A stretch of DNA of 54,334 bases from a virus (Duplodnaviria; Caudoviricetes). The notes under the pieces were generated by a model. The model was not told where the DNA came from. It saw only the letters and a program-made list of their open reading frames with translations, and ran no database searches. Within the stretch, counting starts at the first letter, position 1, and the number at the start of each line of letters is the position of its first letter. Made by a program: the position numbers and the translations under genes. The stretch is from the IMG/VR virus record IMGVR_UViG_3300048849_000181, positions 1 to 54,334 of that record, one strand, 5' to 3'. Shown piece after piece: positions 53,884 through 54,334 of this stretch.

Positions 53884-53989
53884 TCGAGCGTCTCAATTAT
53901 ACCCATAAAGTGTGATACACAAACATTCACATCTTTTAAACACAATTATTTACTAAATTATAAAACCCTAATTTAAAGCAACTTAAGTC

Positions 53990-54334
53990 ATGCAGCAACA
54001 CGATTTAAAGGCCATCGGCGCCCGGATAAAAACCATACGCAAGACCACCGATGCTCTTCAACAGGATTTAGCCAAAGATTCTGGATTGACGGTCAAAACT
54101 ATTTCTCATGTTGAAAATGGCCACACCTTGCCCCCTCAGGAACTTTTAGGCGCCTTATCTGATAAGTACGGCTATAACATCGACTGGATCCTGACCGGCA
54201 CGGGTAAAGAGAAGAAAACCAAAGGCAAGGATAATTCAAACGCGAACATCCAAGCGAAGGTGCATAAGTTGGATATGGAACTCAAGGAAATGAAAAAGAT
54301 GCTCCAGGCATTACTGGAGAAAATTAACAGCTAA
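53990..54334 (+). CDS. XRE-family HTH regulator
   Basis: IGARIKTIR..QQDLA..ISHVENG..NIDWILTG. Confidence 0.88.
   Translation: MQQHDLKAIGARIKTIRKTTDALQQDLAKDSGLTVKTISHVENGHTLPPQELLGALSDKYGYNIDWILTGTGKEKKTKGKDNSNANIQAKVHKLDMELKEMKKMLQALLEKINS

Noticed and set aside
53884-54334. Integrase or prophage boundary
   Set aside because: No recombinase motifs or att-like direct repeat visible; boundary lies outside the window

Overview
The window is most of a temperate siphovirus-type prophage of a Bacteroidota host. The host is inferred from TAnnTTTG -7 promoter boxes and CKK-type lipoprotein signals; no integrase or att site lies inside the window. Nearly all phage genes are on the minus strand. From right to left: immunity region (CI-like XRE-S24 repressor divergent from a LuxR-HTH gene), recombination/replication genes (SMC-like ATPase, RecT-like protein, MBL hydrolase, DEDDh exonuclease, PcfK/AcrIIA9-like and PcfJ, PAPS-reductase-like, initiator with internal iterons, RuvC-like), a KAP NTPase moron, packaging/head/tail genes, an 8-kb accessory insert with a tRNA(CAT) between the tail chaperone and the tape measure gene, tail-tip genes and the lysis cassette. 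Two observations stand out. (1) Three separate GH10 (xylanase-family) domains retain both catalytic motifs: one fused to the tail-tip protein, one Pro-linker-tethered next to the lysis genes, one as a moron. An SGNH-esterase tail protein accompanies them. (2) A 23-bp palindrome TTGACAAT-N7-ATTGTCAA occurs five times, each exactly 32 nt upstream of a -7 box that lacks a -33 element, at the head of five late gene blocks. Two other operator families are present, so a three-tier regulatory circuit can be read from the sequence. Protein family calls are from motif recognition and synteny, not database searches.
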